Shown here one piece after another: positions 39,316 through 47,884 of a DNA stretch of 64,000 nt. The DNA comes from an uncultured delta proteobacterium (GTDB taxonomy: Bacteria > Myxococcota > Kuafuiibacteriia > Kuafuiibacteriales > Kuafuiibacteriaceae): positions 1,504,001-1,568,000 of the forward strand of contig CAWDML010000001.1 in NCBI GenBank assembly GCA_963803435.1, read 5' to 3'. Numbering within the stretch: the stretch's first letter is position 1; every line of letters starts with the position of its first letter. The translations under genes were made by a program, and so were the position numbers. Below the pieces are notes generated by a model. It saw only the letters and a program-made list of their open reading frames with translations. It was not told the origin of the DNA and searched no databases.

Positions 39316-41588
39316 AGGGGCGCTTGGCCCTGATCCTCGCCGCGGCGTTCGCGTGCACCCCCAAGCCGCGCGAGCAGTGCCGGCGCGCGTTCGAGGTCGA
39401 GGACTACGCGCGGGCCGCCTCGATCTGCGCCGAGGTGTACGCGCGGACCGGTGACGTCGAGGCCGGGACGACCGCGGCGCGAGCCGAGGGCAGGCTCGAG
39501 CACCTCGAGGCCACGATCGCCTGGGCCGAGCGGCTCGGCGACGATCCGAAAGCCGCCGCCGCGTGGAGAAGCGCTGCGTTCGCAGAGGAGACGCTGGAGC
39601 ACGCGGAGCGCGCCCGCGCCGCCGACGTGCGGGCGTCGGCGCTCTACGAGCAGGCCGGTGAGCTCGGCGAGGCCGCCTATCACGCGCACCGCGCCATGGA
39701 CGCCGACTGGCACGCCTCGCGGTTGCTGGCCGCGCTCGAGCAGGCGGAGCGCGCGTTCGATCTGGCCTGGCGCTCGGAGGACCTCGAGATGCGCCGCGTC
39801 TCCTTCACCAGCCTCTTCCTCACGCTCCACGACGCCGGCGACTTCGAGTCGGCGCGGGCGCTGCTCGCAAAGACGCGGGCGGCGGTCCCCGATCCGGATC
39901 CGGCCTTCCTGATGTTCATCCGTTTCTACGAGGCGCTGCTCCACCAGTCGGAGGGCCGGGTCCGGCTCGCCGCCGCCGGCTTTCGCTCGGCGCTCGAGGC
40001 GTACCGCACGCTCGATCGGCCCCGACCCGATGTCCGCCGCGCGATCCGCTTCGATCTGGTGGAGACGCTGCTGGCGCTCGGAGATCTCGACGCCGCGGAA
40101 GCCCAGCTGGCGCGGGCTGCCGCCGAGGCCCCCGAGGACCTGCCGAGCCACATGCGATCGAGCCAGGCGTACTACGGCGCGCTGGTCGCGCTCGCGCGCG
40201 GTCGGGCCGAAGAGGCGGAGCGGATCCTGCGTCCTGCGCGCGACGCAGATCCGATCCCCGACTGGCGATGGCGTCTCGAGCACCTGCTCGGTCGCGCGAT
40301 GGCGGCGCAGGGTCGCAACGACGAGGCCGCCGGCGCCTTCTCCCGCTCGATCGAGGGCGTCGAGGCGCTGCGCGCCGCCATGAAGTACGACGACCTGAAG
40401 TCGACGCTCCTCGCCGACAAGCGCGCTCCCTACGAGGCGCTGTTCGCGCTTCGACTCTCCGAGGGACACGTGGACGAAGCGCTCGCGATCTCCGAGCGGG
40501 CCCGGGCACGCGCGTTCCTCGACGTGTTCCTCGCGAGCCGTCACGATACGCGGGCGCGGCTCTCGGTGCTCGAGTCGCTGGCGCCGCGCTTGACCGCATC
40601 TCCACCCGAGGCCCCGGCCCCGGCCCCAACCCCGATCGGATCGACCGAGCGCGCGCTCGCCGGCGAAAACGTGCTCGACTTCTTCCGGGCGGGAGACGCG
40701 CTCTATCGCTATAGCCACACCGCGGGCGGCACCGCCCAGATCGATCGGATCCCGGCGTCGATCGAGTCGATCTCCGAGCAGGCCAGGAAGGTGGAGGCGG
40801 GCGGCAGGGACCTCGCCCCTTACCTTGCGCTGGGACGGACGCTGCTCGACGGCGCCGCGCTCCCCACCCGGCGCGGCGCGACTCTCTACGTCGTCACCGA
40901 CGAGCCGATCGCCAACGTCCCCTTCGCTGCGCTCCGCGATCGCGACCGGTTCCTCATCGAGCGCGCCGCCATCGCGTACGTGCCGAGCCTGACGGTGCTG
41001 GCGGCGCTGTCCGGCGCGGCACGGACCAGCAGCGCCGCCGCCGTCGTGCTGGGCGCCTCGCGATCGTTCGATCCGTCCCGGCCCGAGCTCACCGGCGCAC
41101 GCGACGAGGCCGAGGCGGTGGCCGCGCTTCTCGGCGTGACCGCGCGGCTCGGTCCCCGCGCCACCCGCGACGCGCTGAAGGCGGCCGGCGGCGCGGCCGT
41201 GCTCCATGTCGCCGGGCACGCCTCCGCAGGCGCAGCCGGTGGCACGCTGGAGCTGGCGGATGGTCCGGTCGACGCCGCCGCGATCCTGGCCTGGCATCTC
41301 CACCCGAAGCTCGTCTTCCTCGCCACCTGCTCCTCGGGCACGCGCGACGCGCACGAGATCTCCGGCACGCTCGCCACCGCGTTCCTGGCGGCCGGCGCCC
41401 GCACCGCGGTGGCCACACTGCGCGCGATCCCGGACGCGTCGGCCCGGCGCTTCGCGGCCGCGTTCTACGCCGCGGGCGGCGCGGGTGCTCCGGCGGACGC
41501 GGTCGCGTCCGTGGCGCGCGACTGGATCCGCGACGGACGGCCCCCGGACGACTGGGCGCCCTTCGTGGTGTTCGGTCGCGGCGAGTGA
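39312..41588 (+). CDS. TPR-CHAT (caspase-like) protease with lipoprotein-like signal
   Basis: MKGRLALILAAAFAC; TPR-like helices; SERARARAF, VPFAAL, LHVAGHA (His), VFLATCSS (Cys), WAPFVVFG. Confidence 0.87.
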   Translation: MKGRLALILAAAFACTPKPREQCRRAFEVEDYARAASICAEVYARTGDVEAGTTAARAEGRLEHLEATIAWAERLGDDPKAAAAWRSAAFAEETLEHAERARAADVRASALYEQAGELGEAAYHAHRAMDADWHASRLLAALEQAERAFDLAWRSEDLEMRRVSFTSLFLTLHDAGDFESARALLAKTRAAVPDPDPAFLMFIRFYEALLHQSEGRVRLAAAGFRSALEAYRTLDRPRPDVRRAIRFDLVETLLALGDLDAAEAQLARAAAEAPEDLPSHMRSSQAYYGALVALARGRAEEAERILRPARDADPIPDWRWRLEHLLGRAMAAQGRNDEAAGAFSRSIEGVEALRAAMKYDDLKSTLLADKRAPYEALFALRLSEGHVDEALAISERARARAFLDVFLASRHDTRARLSVLESLAPRLTASPPEAPAPAPTPIGSTERALAGENVLDFFRAGDALYRYSHTAGGTAQIDRIPASIESISEQARKVEAGGRDLAPYLALGRTLLDGAALPTRRGATLYVVTDEPIANVPFAALRDRDRFLIERAAIAYVPSLTVLAALSGAARTSSAAAVVLGASRSFDPSRPELTGARDEAEAVAALLGVTARLGPRATRDALKAAGGAAVLHVAGHASAGAAGGTLELADGPVDAAAILAWHLHPKLVFLATCSSGTRDAHEISGTLATAFLAAGARTAVATLRAIPDASARRFAAAFYAAGGAGAPADAVASVARDWIRDGRPPDDWAPFVVFGRGE

Positions 41589-41590
41589 TC

Positions 41591-42259
41591 TCACCGCACG
41601 CGGAGCTCGCGCAGCTCGTAGCGGGCGCCGGCCTCGACCGCGTCCGCCACGTCGCCGTCGACGGAGCCCGAGGGCGCCGGGATCGACGCGGCTGAGGACA
41701 GCCAGAGGATCTCGTAGGTCCCTGGAGTGTCGAAGCGCAGCTCGAGCGTGGTCGTGTGCCCGTCGGCCCAGCAGTCGCCGGCGCCGGGACAGCGTGCCAC
41801 CAGGAGCGAGCGATCGCGGTAGACGCGCAGATCGTGGTTCGCGGCCCCCGACTGGGCCTCGACCTGCAGGCGCTCGCCTGCCGCCGCGTCGCCGGACCGG
41901 ACCACACCGTCCCCGGCGCGCACCCGGTACTCGAGGCTCACCGTCACCGGCGCGCGCAGGAGGAACGCGACCAGCAGACCCGCGGCCAGCGCGAGCGGCA
42001 GCGCCACCGCCGCCGCCTTGCGGAGACGGGACGGTGCGCGCGGCGGCGTCTCGCCTCGCTCCACCGCCGCCCACAGGCGCTCGCTGGCCGATGCCGACAG
42101 CGCGTGGCGATCACTCAGGCGCGAGAGATCGCCCGCCAGCTTTCGGTTCGCCTCCAGGTTCGCCCGACACTCGGCGCACGACTCCACGTGGGCGCGCGCT
42201 TCGGCGTCGAGATCGTCGTCGTCGATCCAGCCGTCGCGGTCGAAGCGATCGCACGCCAT
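41591..42259 (-). CDS. membrane-anchored zinc-finger anti-sigma factor
   Basis: HVESCAEC (HxxxCxxC), one TM helix, extracytoplasmic domain; coupled to the ECF gene. Confidence 0.8.
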   Translation of the reverse strand: MACDRFDRDGWIDDDDLDAEARAHVESCAECRANLEANRKLAGDLSRLSDRHALSASASERLWAAVERGETPPRAPSRLRKAAAVALPLALAAGLLVAFLLRAPVTVSLEYRVRAGDGVVRSGDAAAGERLQVEAQSGAANHDLRVYRDRSLLVARCPGAGDCWADGHTTTLELRFDTPGTYEILWLSSAASIPAPSGSVDGDVADAVEAGARYELRELRVR

Positions 42260-42849
42260 CACGCGCCCTCCCCTTCGACACACTTGCGCAGCACCGGCAT
42301 CGCGCGGGACACCCGGGCCCGCAGCGTCGCGGGCTTCTCGCCGCAGACCTCCGACATCTCCTGGTACGAGAAGCCCTGGGCATACCTGAGCAGCACCGCG
42401 GCGCGGGCCTCGGGCGCGAGCGCCCGCACGCAGCGTTCGAGCGCGCTGAGACGTTCGCGATCGCCCAGCCGATCCTCAGGCGACGCACCGACGTCTTCGG
42501 CTTCGGGCGCCACCGCGGTGAGCGTGAACCGCTTCTGTCGCCGGCGCCGCGCCCGGAGCTCGTCGAGGCAGCGGTGGCGGGCGATCCGGTAGAGCCAGGT
42601 CTTGAGGCTCGAGCGCCCGGAGAAGCGATCGAGATCGCGGAAGGCCTGAAGGAACGTGGTCTGCCAGACGTCGTGGGCCGCGTCGTCGTCGTCGATCATC
42701 GCCCGGAGATAGCGATAGATCGCGACCCCGTAGAGACGTTCGAGCTCCGCGAGCGCGGCGCGCGCGTCCTTCGCCTCGACCGCGGCGCGGACGTCGACCT
42801 CGACATCGCCGGGGCTCGAGACGGGAGACGCAGCGGTCGCGCGGGTCAC
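42259..42849 (-). CDS. ECF RNA polymerase sigma factor
   Basis: DVWQTTFLQAF, FSGRSSLKTWLYRIARH and GFSYQEMSE...TLRARVSRA regions 2 and 4. Confidence 0.92.
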   Translation of the reverse strand: MTRATAASPVSSPGDVEVDVRAAVEAKDARAALAELERLYGVAIYRYLRAMIDDDDAAHDVWQTTFLQAFRDLDRFSGRSSLKTWLYRIARHRCLDELRARRRRQKRFTLTAVAPEAEDVGASPEDRLGDRERLSALERCVRALAPEARAAVLLRYAQGFSYQEMSEVCGEKPATLRARVSRAMPVLRKCVEGEGA

Positions 42850-42874
42850 GCCGCCCGAGGGTAGCCGACCGCGC

Positions 42875-43492
42875 TCACTCGGTCACGGCCGTCGAGGACT
42901 TGATCCACGATCGGTGCGCGTCGATCCGCGTGAACACCGATCGCCCGGGCCCCTGCGCGCCGGTGGTGCGCCAGGAGGCGATCCCGATCAGCGCGCCGAG
43001 CTCGCTGAAGAGCGGGCCCCCGGAGTCGCCCGGGCGCGTCACCGCCTCCGTCAGGATCTCCTGCGGCTCGAGGTGCGCGACCCGCACCCGCACCGCGCCC
43101 GACCGTGCGAAGAGGACCACCGCTCGGCCGGCGTCCTCGGCCCGACCGAGCGGCGGCGGCGGCGACACGGTCACCGGCCCAGCGACCCGGAGGAGCGCCA
43201 GATCCGCTCCGTGGAGCCCGCGGAGACCGTCGTAGCGCCCGCCCAGCGCGATCGCCCGCTCCACCGCGCTCGCGCCCACCTCGCCCCGGACCCGAAAGCG
43301 AGCGGCCGGCTCCACCCCGTCCGCCGACCGATCGCGCACGCAGTGCTTCGCGGTGACGACCCAGCGGTCGGCGATGGTCGCGCCCAGGCACCAGGGCTCA
43401 CCGTCGCGATCGATCGCCACCACCGCACCGGCCTGATCCGGGCCGGCGGAGGCGCAGGCCGCCAAAACCAAGACCGCGATCCGCGCGCTCAT
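42875..43492 (-). CDS. trypsin-like (S1) serine protease lipoprotein
   Basis: VVTAKHC, ADLALL and GDSGGPL catalytic triad motifs; lipobox VLAAC. Confidence 0.85.
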   Translation of the reverse strand: MSARIAVLVLAACASAGPDQAGAVVAIDRDGEPWCLGATIADRWVVTAKHCVRDRSADGVEPAARFRVRGEVGASAVERAIALGGRYDGLRGLHGADLALLRVAGPVTVSPPPPLGRAEDAGRAVVLFARSGAVRVRVAHLEPQEILTEAVTRPGDSGGPLFSELGALIGIASWRTTGAQGPGRSVFTRIDAHRSWIKSSTAVTE

Positions 43493-44391
43493 CCCGGGCA
43501 GAACCGACTGTTGAGCGGGCCGTTGCCGGTGCGCCGCTCGCCGTTGACGTCCTGATCGGCGACGCGACCCCAGCCGCAGACGGCCTCGCTCTCGTACTCG
43601 ATGCAGGCGGTCGTGCCGATGCACCAGACAGCGGTCTCGATCGAGTCCTGTCCCTGGTTCGAGATGCTGGGCATCGGCCAGGAGTCGAACTCGGGATAGG
43701 TGAGCCCGGTGCGATAGACCACCGACCCGCTGGTGTACAGGTGCGTCGTGGGCAGCGCGCTGTACGTGGTGAAGCGGACGTTCGAGCCGTGCCGCGCCCA
43801 GGGAAAGGGGAACCAGGTCTTGTTGAAGAACGAGGTGAACTGCACACAGACGCCGTTGTGGCAGAGGTCCGCAGTGTTGGGCGCGGTCATCTCGCCGTCG
43901 GGCTCGAGATAGCTCGCATAGCCGTCTCCACACTCGCCGTCCGGATCCATGCAGACCTCCTCACCGGCGATGCTGACCACGCCGCGCACGCCTGCCACGT
44001 ATGCGAGGACGGGTTCGCTCACCCGGTAGCGGACGCCGAGCTCCCGGTTCTCGAAGAACGCGTCCCCGCGCTGCGTATAGCTCCCGCGGAGACCCTCGAG
44101 CTCGCCTCGATCGTTCACGATCCGCTCCACGTTCCCGAACTTCGTGGCGACGAACTCCAGCATGGAGGCCCGATCGGCGAAGGTCCGGGGCGCCTCCTGG
44201 ACGGGAAAGAACGTGCGGGAGCCGGTGGCGTCGATCGTGACGTCGGCACCACTGCGCGCGATCGCGGTCTGCTGATCCGGAGGGACAAAGCGCTCGAAGG
44301 TCTCGGGCGCGTCGATCGGCGCCGGACCGCCGCCCGAGCAGGCGGCACCGGCGAGAGAGAGTGTGGTGATGAGCAGAGGTTTGAGCTTCAT
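43489..44391 (-). CDS. lipoprotein, function unknown
   Basis: MKLKPLLITTLSLAGAAC lipobox; overlaps both neighbours by 4 nt. Confidence 0.75.
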   Translation of the reverse strand: MKLKPLLITTLSLAGAACSGGGPAPIDAPETFERFVPPDQQTAIARSGADVTIDATGSRTFFPVQEAPRTFADRASMLEFVATKFGNVERIVNDRGELEGLRGSYTQRGDAFFENRELGVRYRVSEPVLAYVAGVRGVVSIAGEEVCMDPDGECGDGYASYLEPDGEMTAPNTADLCHNGVCVQFTSFFNKTWFPFPWARHGSNVRFTTYSALPTTHLYTSGSVVYRTGLTYPEFDSWPMPSISNQGQDSIETAVWCIGTTACIEYESEAVCGWGRVADQDVNGERRTGNGPLNSRFCPG

Positions 44392-44918
44392 GCTCCCTTG
44401 GGCGCCGCTCGCCGTGAAACGTGACACGCGATCAGCACCGTACCGAAGAGCACGAGGGACCATCCGTAGGCGACCGCCGCCCGGATCGCGATCACCCAGG
44501 GCACGCCCACCAGCCGGCGGTGGGGAAGAAACCAGATCTCGGCGCCGACGAGCGAGAGGCAAGCGCCGATCGCCGCCAGCAGCAGGAAGGGCACCAGCAT
44601 GAACATCGTGCAGTCGAACGCGCGATCGAACGGGACCTTGGCGACCAGCTGCAGGACGAAGGCCGCCACCACCGCGCCGATGAGCCCGGCGCTCGCGCGG
44701 TCGGCGATCATCGAGATCAGCGCCCACAGCCCCATCAGCGGATCGACGCGCGTCATCAACAGCGCACGCCCGGCCTCCACCGGGGCGCACGCCGCCGACA
44801 CCACCGCGATCCAGGGGAAGATCTCCCAGGCGTGGCCCTCGTCCTGCTCCAGGAGCGCGCGCAGCGTGCTCCGCGGCCGGATCACCACGCCGCCGAGCCG
44901 CGACAGATGCCCGAGCAT
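44388..44918 (-). CDS. Yip1-like integral membrane protein
   Basis: VVIRPRSTLRAL N-terminal motif, about 4 TM helices; operon overlaps. Confidence 0.55.
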   Translation of the reverse strand: MLGHLSRLGGVVIRPRSTLRALLEQDEGHAWEIFPWIAVVSAACAPVEAGRALLMTRVDPLMGLWALISMIADRASAGLIGAVVAAFVLQLVAKVPFDRAFDCTMFMLVPFLLLAAIGACLSLVGAEIWFLPHRRLVGVPWVIAIRAAVAYGWSLVLFGTVLIACHVSRRAAPKGA

Positions 44919-47158
44919 CACCTTCGGCGGCGGCGGAGCACCAGGAGCGCCAGCCCGAGGAGCACGAGCGGGCTCGCATCCCCGGACGCCGTGCATCCGC
45001 CCTTCTCCCGGGTGACCGGCGGCGGCTTGGTGATGACGCCGGCGTCCGTCTCCATCGGCAGGTCGAGCTCGCACTCGTCGAGGAAGTCGATGATCTCGAC
45101 GTCGTCCACGCCCACCTCCACGGTACCGCTCGCCGTCTCGTCGTCCGCGACGAAGCGGAACTTCACGCGGTTGGTCGGCTCGACCGCATCGCGGATCCGC
45201 ATCTCGGCGCGGGTCCAGTCCTCGCTCTCGTCGAGGATCCGTCCCAGCTCGACCCAGTGCTCGCCGCCGTCGTTCGTCGCCTGAACCACCAGCGCGGTGT
45301 CGCCGCCCAGCGCGCGCGCCGGCGAGACGGAGAAGTCCATCGCGCGGCGCCAGTACCAGAACACGAGCTTGGGATCGCGGGTCTCTCGGAGCGCGAACGC
45401 CGGGCTCTCCAGCGTGGTGAAGCCGCCGTCGAGATCGTTGGCCGAGAAGCTCCCGCCCAGCGCCGAGCCGGTCTGAAAGGACAGCTTGCTCTCACCGGGC
45501 GAGTGGTCCTCGCCCAGCTGCGTGACCACGCCGAGCACCGAGGCGAACTCGGGCTCCCCCAGATCCCACTTGCCGCGCAGCGCCGTGTCCTCGCCGTCGG
45601 GATCGATCTTCCAGTCGGGCGCCTCGTCCAACGGATCCAGGCGGAGCGACTTGGTGCCCACGCCGATCGTCAGGTGGCCCTGGAAGATGGGGCCCTCCTC
45701 GGTGATGAAGCGCGCGGAGAAGCCGAGGGCGCCGCCGCACGCGACGGTCGACGAGACGGTCACCCGAAACGGCGCGGGCAGCCTCGCGATCTCCCCCTCG
45801 CCCACCGACGGCACCTCGATCGGCGATCCGGTCAGCGTCGCCACCGAGCCGATCGGCTCCAGCTCCACCATCACGTGCTGGCTGGTCCCGATCCCCTTGT
45901 TGATGATCGACAGCGTCAGGTCGAACGACTCACCGGGCGCCACCAGATCGTCGTTGCCGTCGGTGACGTCCTGGCCGGCCAGCCCGATCAGCGGCTCCGG
46001 GCAGCGCTCCGTCACCTTGGTGCACAACGCCGAGCTCGAGCGCGTCCAGATTCGCCACGACTCCGGGAAGTCGCGGGCGACGTCCTGCAGGTGCGTCAAG
46101 TGCGGCGCCCAGGAGCTGCGCGGCTCGCCGGGCGCGGTCACCAGCACCATCGCCACCCGGTAGTACGGATTCTCGGTGGCCACGGGCGGGTTGCGCGGGC
46201 CCAGCGCGCGGATCACGTCGGTGATGCTCACCGGGTGATCATCCGCCACCACGGTGGCGTTGAGCGGCACCGGCGTGACCTTGTCGAGCGGATTGCCGCC
46301 GAGCGTGGCGTCGGTGAGATAGAAGAAGTCGGGCACCTCGGTCTTGGGGATGAAGCCCATCCCATACAGATCGAGCGGCGCGAAGCCGAGGTTGGTCCCG
46401 CGATTGTGGAACATCCTCGGGCCGATCTTCTCCCAGAACTGTCCGTCCTGGACCGAACCCTCGGAGTGGGCGAGCCGGCTCCAGTGCGCGCCCATGCGTC
46501 CGATCAGATCGTCCTTCGCTCCGTTCCCATCCGCCTTGTCGAACATCATGAAGAACAACCAGCGGTGCGACAGCTCCTGCCCGATGACCGCGTGATACGT
46601 GCCGGTGATCTGGTTGAGCCCGTCGAAGCTGCCGCCGCCCCACATCAGCATGCTGTTCATGTTCGAGAAGCCGGAGAGGCGTCCCTGGTCCGGGAGGCCC
46701 CAGCCGGGGCGTCCGTTGAACGTGTCGATCCCGAGACCCGAGACCGAGTTCTTGATCGCCTGGTAGTACGCCGAGCCCGCGTTCGCCTCGTCGATGAATG
46801 AGGTATAGATCTGGATCGTGTCGAAGACGTCCGGGTACTCGGCGAGGACGCGCTGCACGATCGCGACCTGGTTGTCCTGCGTGATTCCGAAGACGCCCGG
46901 CCCGCCGATCGCGACCGTCTGATCGTCGCCCTCCACCACCAGCACCTCGCCCTCGAGCGAGAGCTTCGAGCGGTTGATCCCGATCTCCGGGATCTGCCGG
47001 ACGAAGGCCGGGTTGGGGACGAAGCCTTGGTTCGCCGCCGTGTCGTTCGCATAGATCCCCGGCGGAGGCGCTTCGCCCGTCGGCGGGGCGATCGGGGGGC
47101 TGCAGGCGAGCAGCCAGGCGGGCGCGCAGGAGAACAGCAGGCGCTTCACGGCGCCCAC
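44918..47158 (-). CDS. MYXO-CTERM surface lipoprotein with a zincin-like domain (QExxH variant) and beta-sandwich domains
   Basis: Lipobox WLLAC; IGQELSHRW...AHWS...PLDLYGMG; tail KGGCTASG...LLVLRRRRR. Confidence 0.75.
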   Translation of the reverse strand: MGAVKRLLFSCAPAWLLACSPPIAPPTGEAPPPGIYANDTAANQGFVPNPAFVRQIPEIGINRSKLSLEGEVLVVEGDDQTVAIGGPGVFGITQDNQVAIVQRVLAEYPDVFDTIQIYTSFIDEANAGSAYYQAIKNSVSGLGIDTFNGRPGWGLPDQGRLSGFSNMNSMLMWGGGSFDGLNQITGTYHAVIGQELSHRWLFFMMFDKADGNGAKDDLIGRMGAHWSRLAHSEGSVQDGQFWEKIGPRMFHNRGTNLGFAPLDLYGMGFIPKTEVPDFFYLTDATLGGNPLDKVTPVPLNATVVADDHPVSITDVIRALGPRNPPVATENPYYRVAMVLVTAPGEPRSSWAPHLTHLQDVARDFPESWRIWTRSSSALCTKVTERCPEPLIGLAGQDVTDGNDDLVAPGESFDLTLSIINKGIGTSQHVMVELEPIGSVATLTGSPIEVPSVGEGEIARLPAPFRVTVSSTVACGGALGFSARFITEEGPIFQGHLTIGVGTKSLRLDPLDEAPDWKIDPDGEDTALRGKWDLGEPEFASVLGVVTQLGEDHSPGESKLSFQTGSALGGSFSANDLDGGFTTLESPAFALRETRDPKLVFWYWRRAMDFSVSPARALGGDTALVVQATNDGGEHWVELGRILDESEDWTRAEMRIRDAVEPTNRVKFRFVADDETASGTVEVGVDDVEIIDFLDECELDLPMETDAGVITKPPPVTREKGGCTASGDASPLVLLGLALLVLRRRRR

Positions 47159-47269
47159 ACCGTATCCCAGGCGATCTCAGGGTTCACCTCGGGTTTTCTC
47201 GGTGAATCATGCGCCGGACAGTCCGTCTGACCGATGCCTACAGCGACAGCCTGGGTACGATGATGCCCC

Positions 47270-47884
47270 ATGGAACGGGTCGCCCTCTGTTTGGGGGTCT
47301 TGCTGCTGGCGCCCGACGCCCACGCCACCACGGTCAAGCTGATGAGCCTCCTCGAGAAGACGGAGGCCTCGCCATTGGTGGTGCACGGCGTCGTCGAGCG
47401 CGTCGAGACCGGCTGGGCCGTGTTCGGCGCGAGGGTCGAAACGCGGATCACGCTGAAGGTCCTGGAGGCGATCAAGGGCGGCGTGCCCGCCGGTGAGCGC
47501 CTCACCTTCCGGCAGGGCGGCGGCACCGTCGACGGCTTCACGCAGACGGCGCCCGGGCTCTCCACCTTCGAGGAAGGCGAAGAGGTCATCATGTTCCTCG
47601 AGCCCTACCTCGAGACCTACGTGCCGATCGGCATCGGCGTCGGGAAGTACGAGGTCCAGGTCTCGAACGGCGAGAAGTACGTCTTCCACGATCCGCACGT
47701 GGCGGCCGTCCGCTTCGACGCCACGCAGCCGATCACGATCGAGCCCTATCCAGCCATGAGGCCGGAGCCGCTGGCGCTCTTCCTCAAGCGCCTCCGCTCC
47801 TACGCCCGAGGCATCCCCACCCACGAGGTGGTCCAGCCGCGGAAGGGCGGGATCATCAAGCCGCTGATCAAGGGAGACCGGTGA
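47270..47884 (+). CDS. secreted OB/NTR-like protein coupled to the matrixin gene
   Basis: Signal peptide AHA|TT; SPLVVHGVV, GGTVDG and FEEGEEVIMFL motifs. Confidence 0.7.
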   Translation: MERVALCLGVLLLAPDAHATTVKLMSLLEKTEASPLVVHGVVERVETGWAVFGARVETRITLKVLEAIKGGVPAGERLTFRQGGGTVDGFTQTAPGLSTFEEGEEVIMFLEPYLETYVPIGIGVGKYEVQVSNGEKYVFHDPHVAAVRFDATQPITIEPYPAMRPEPLALFLKRLRSYARGIPTHEVVQPRKGGIIKPLIKGDR

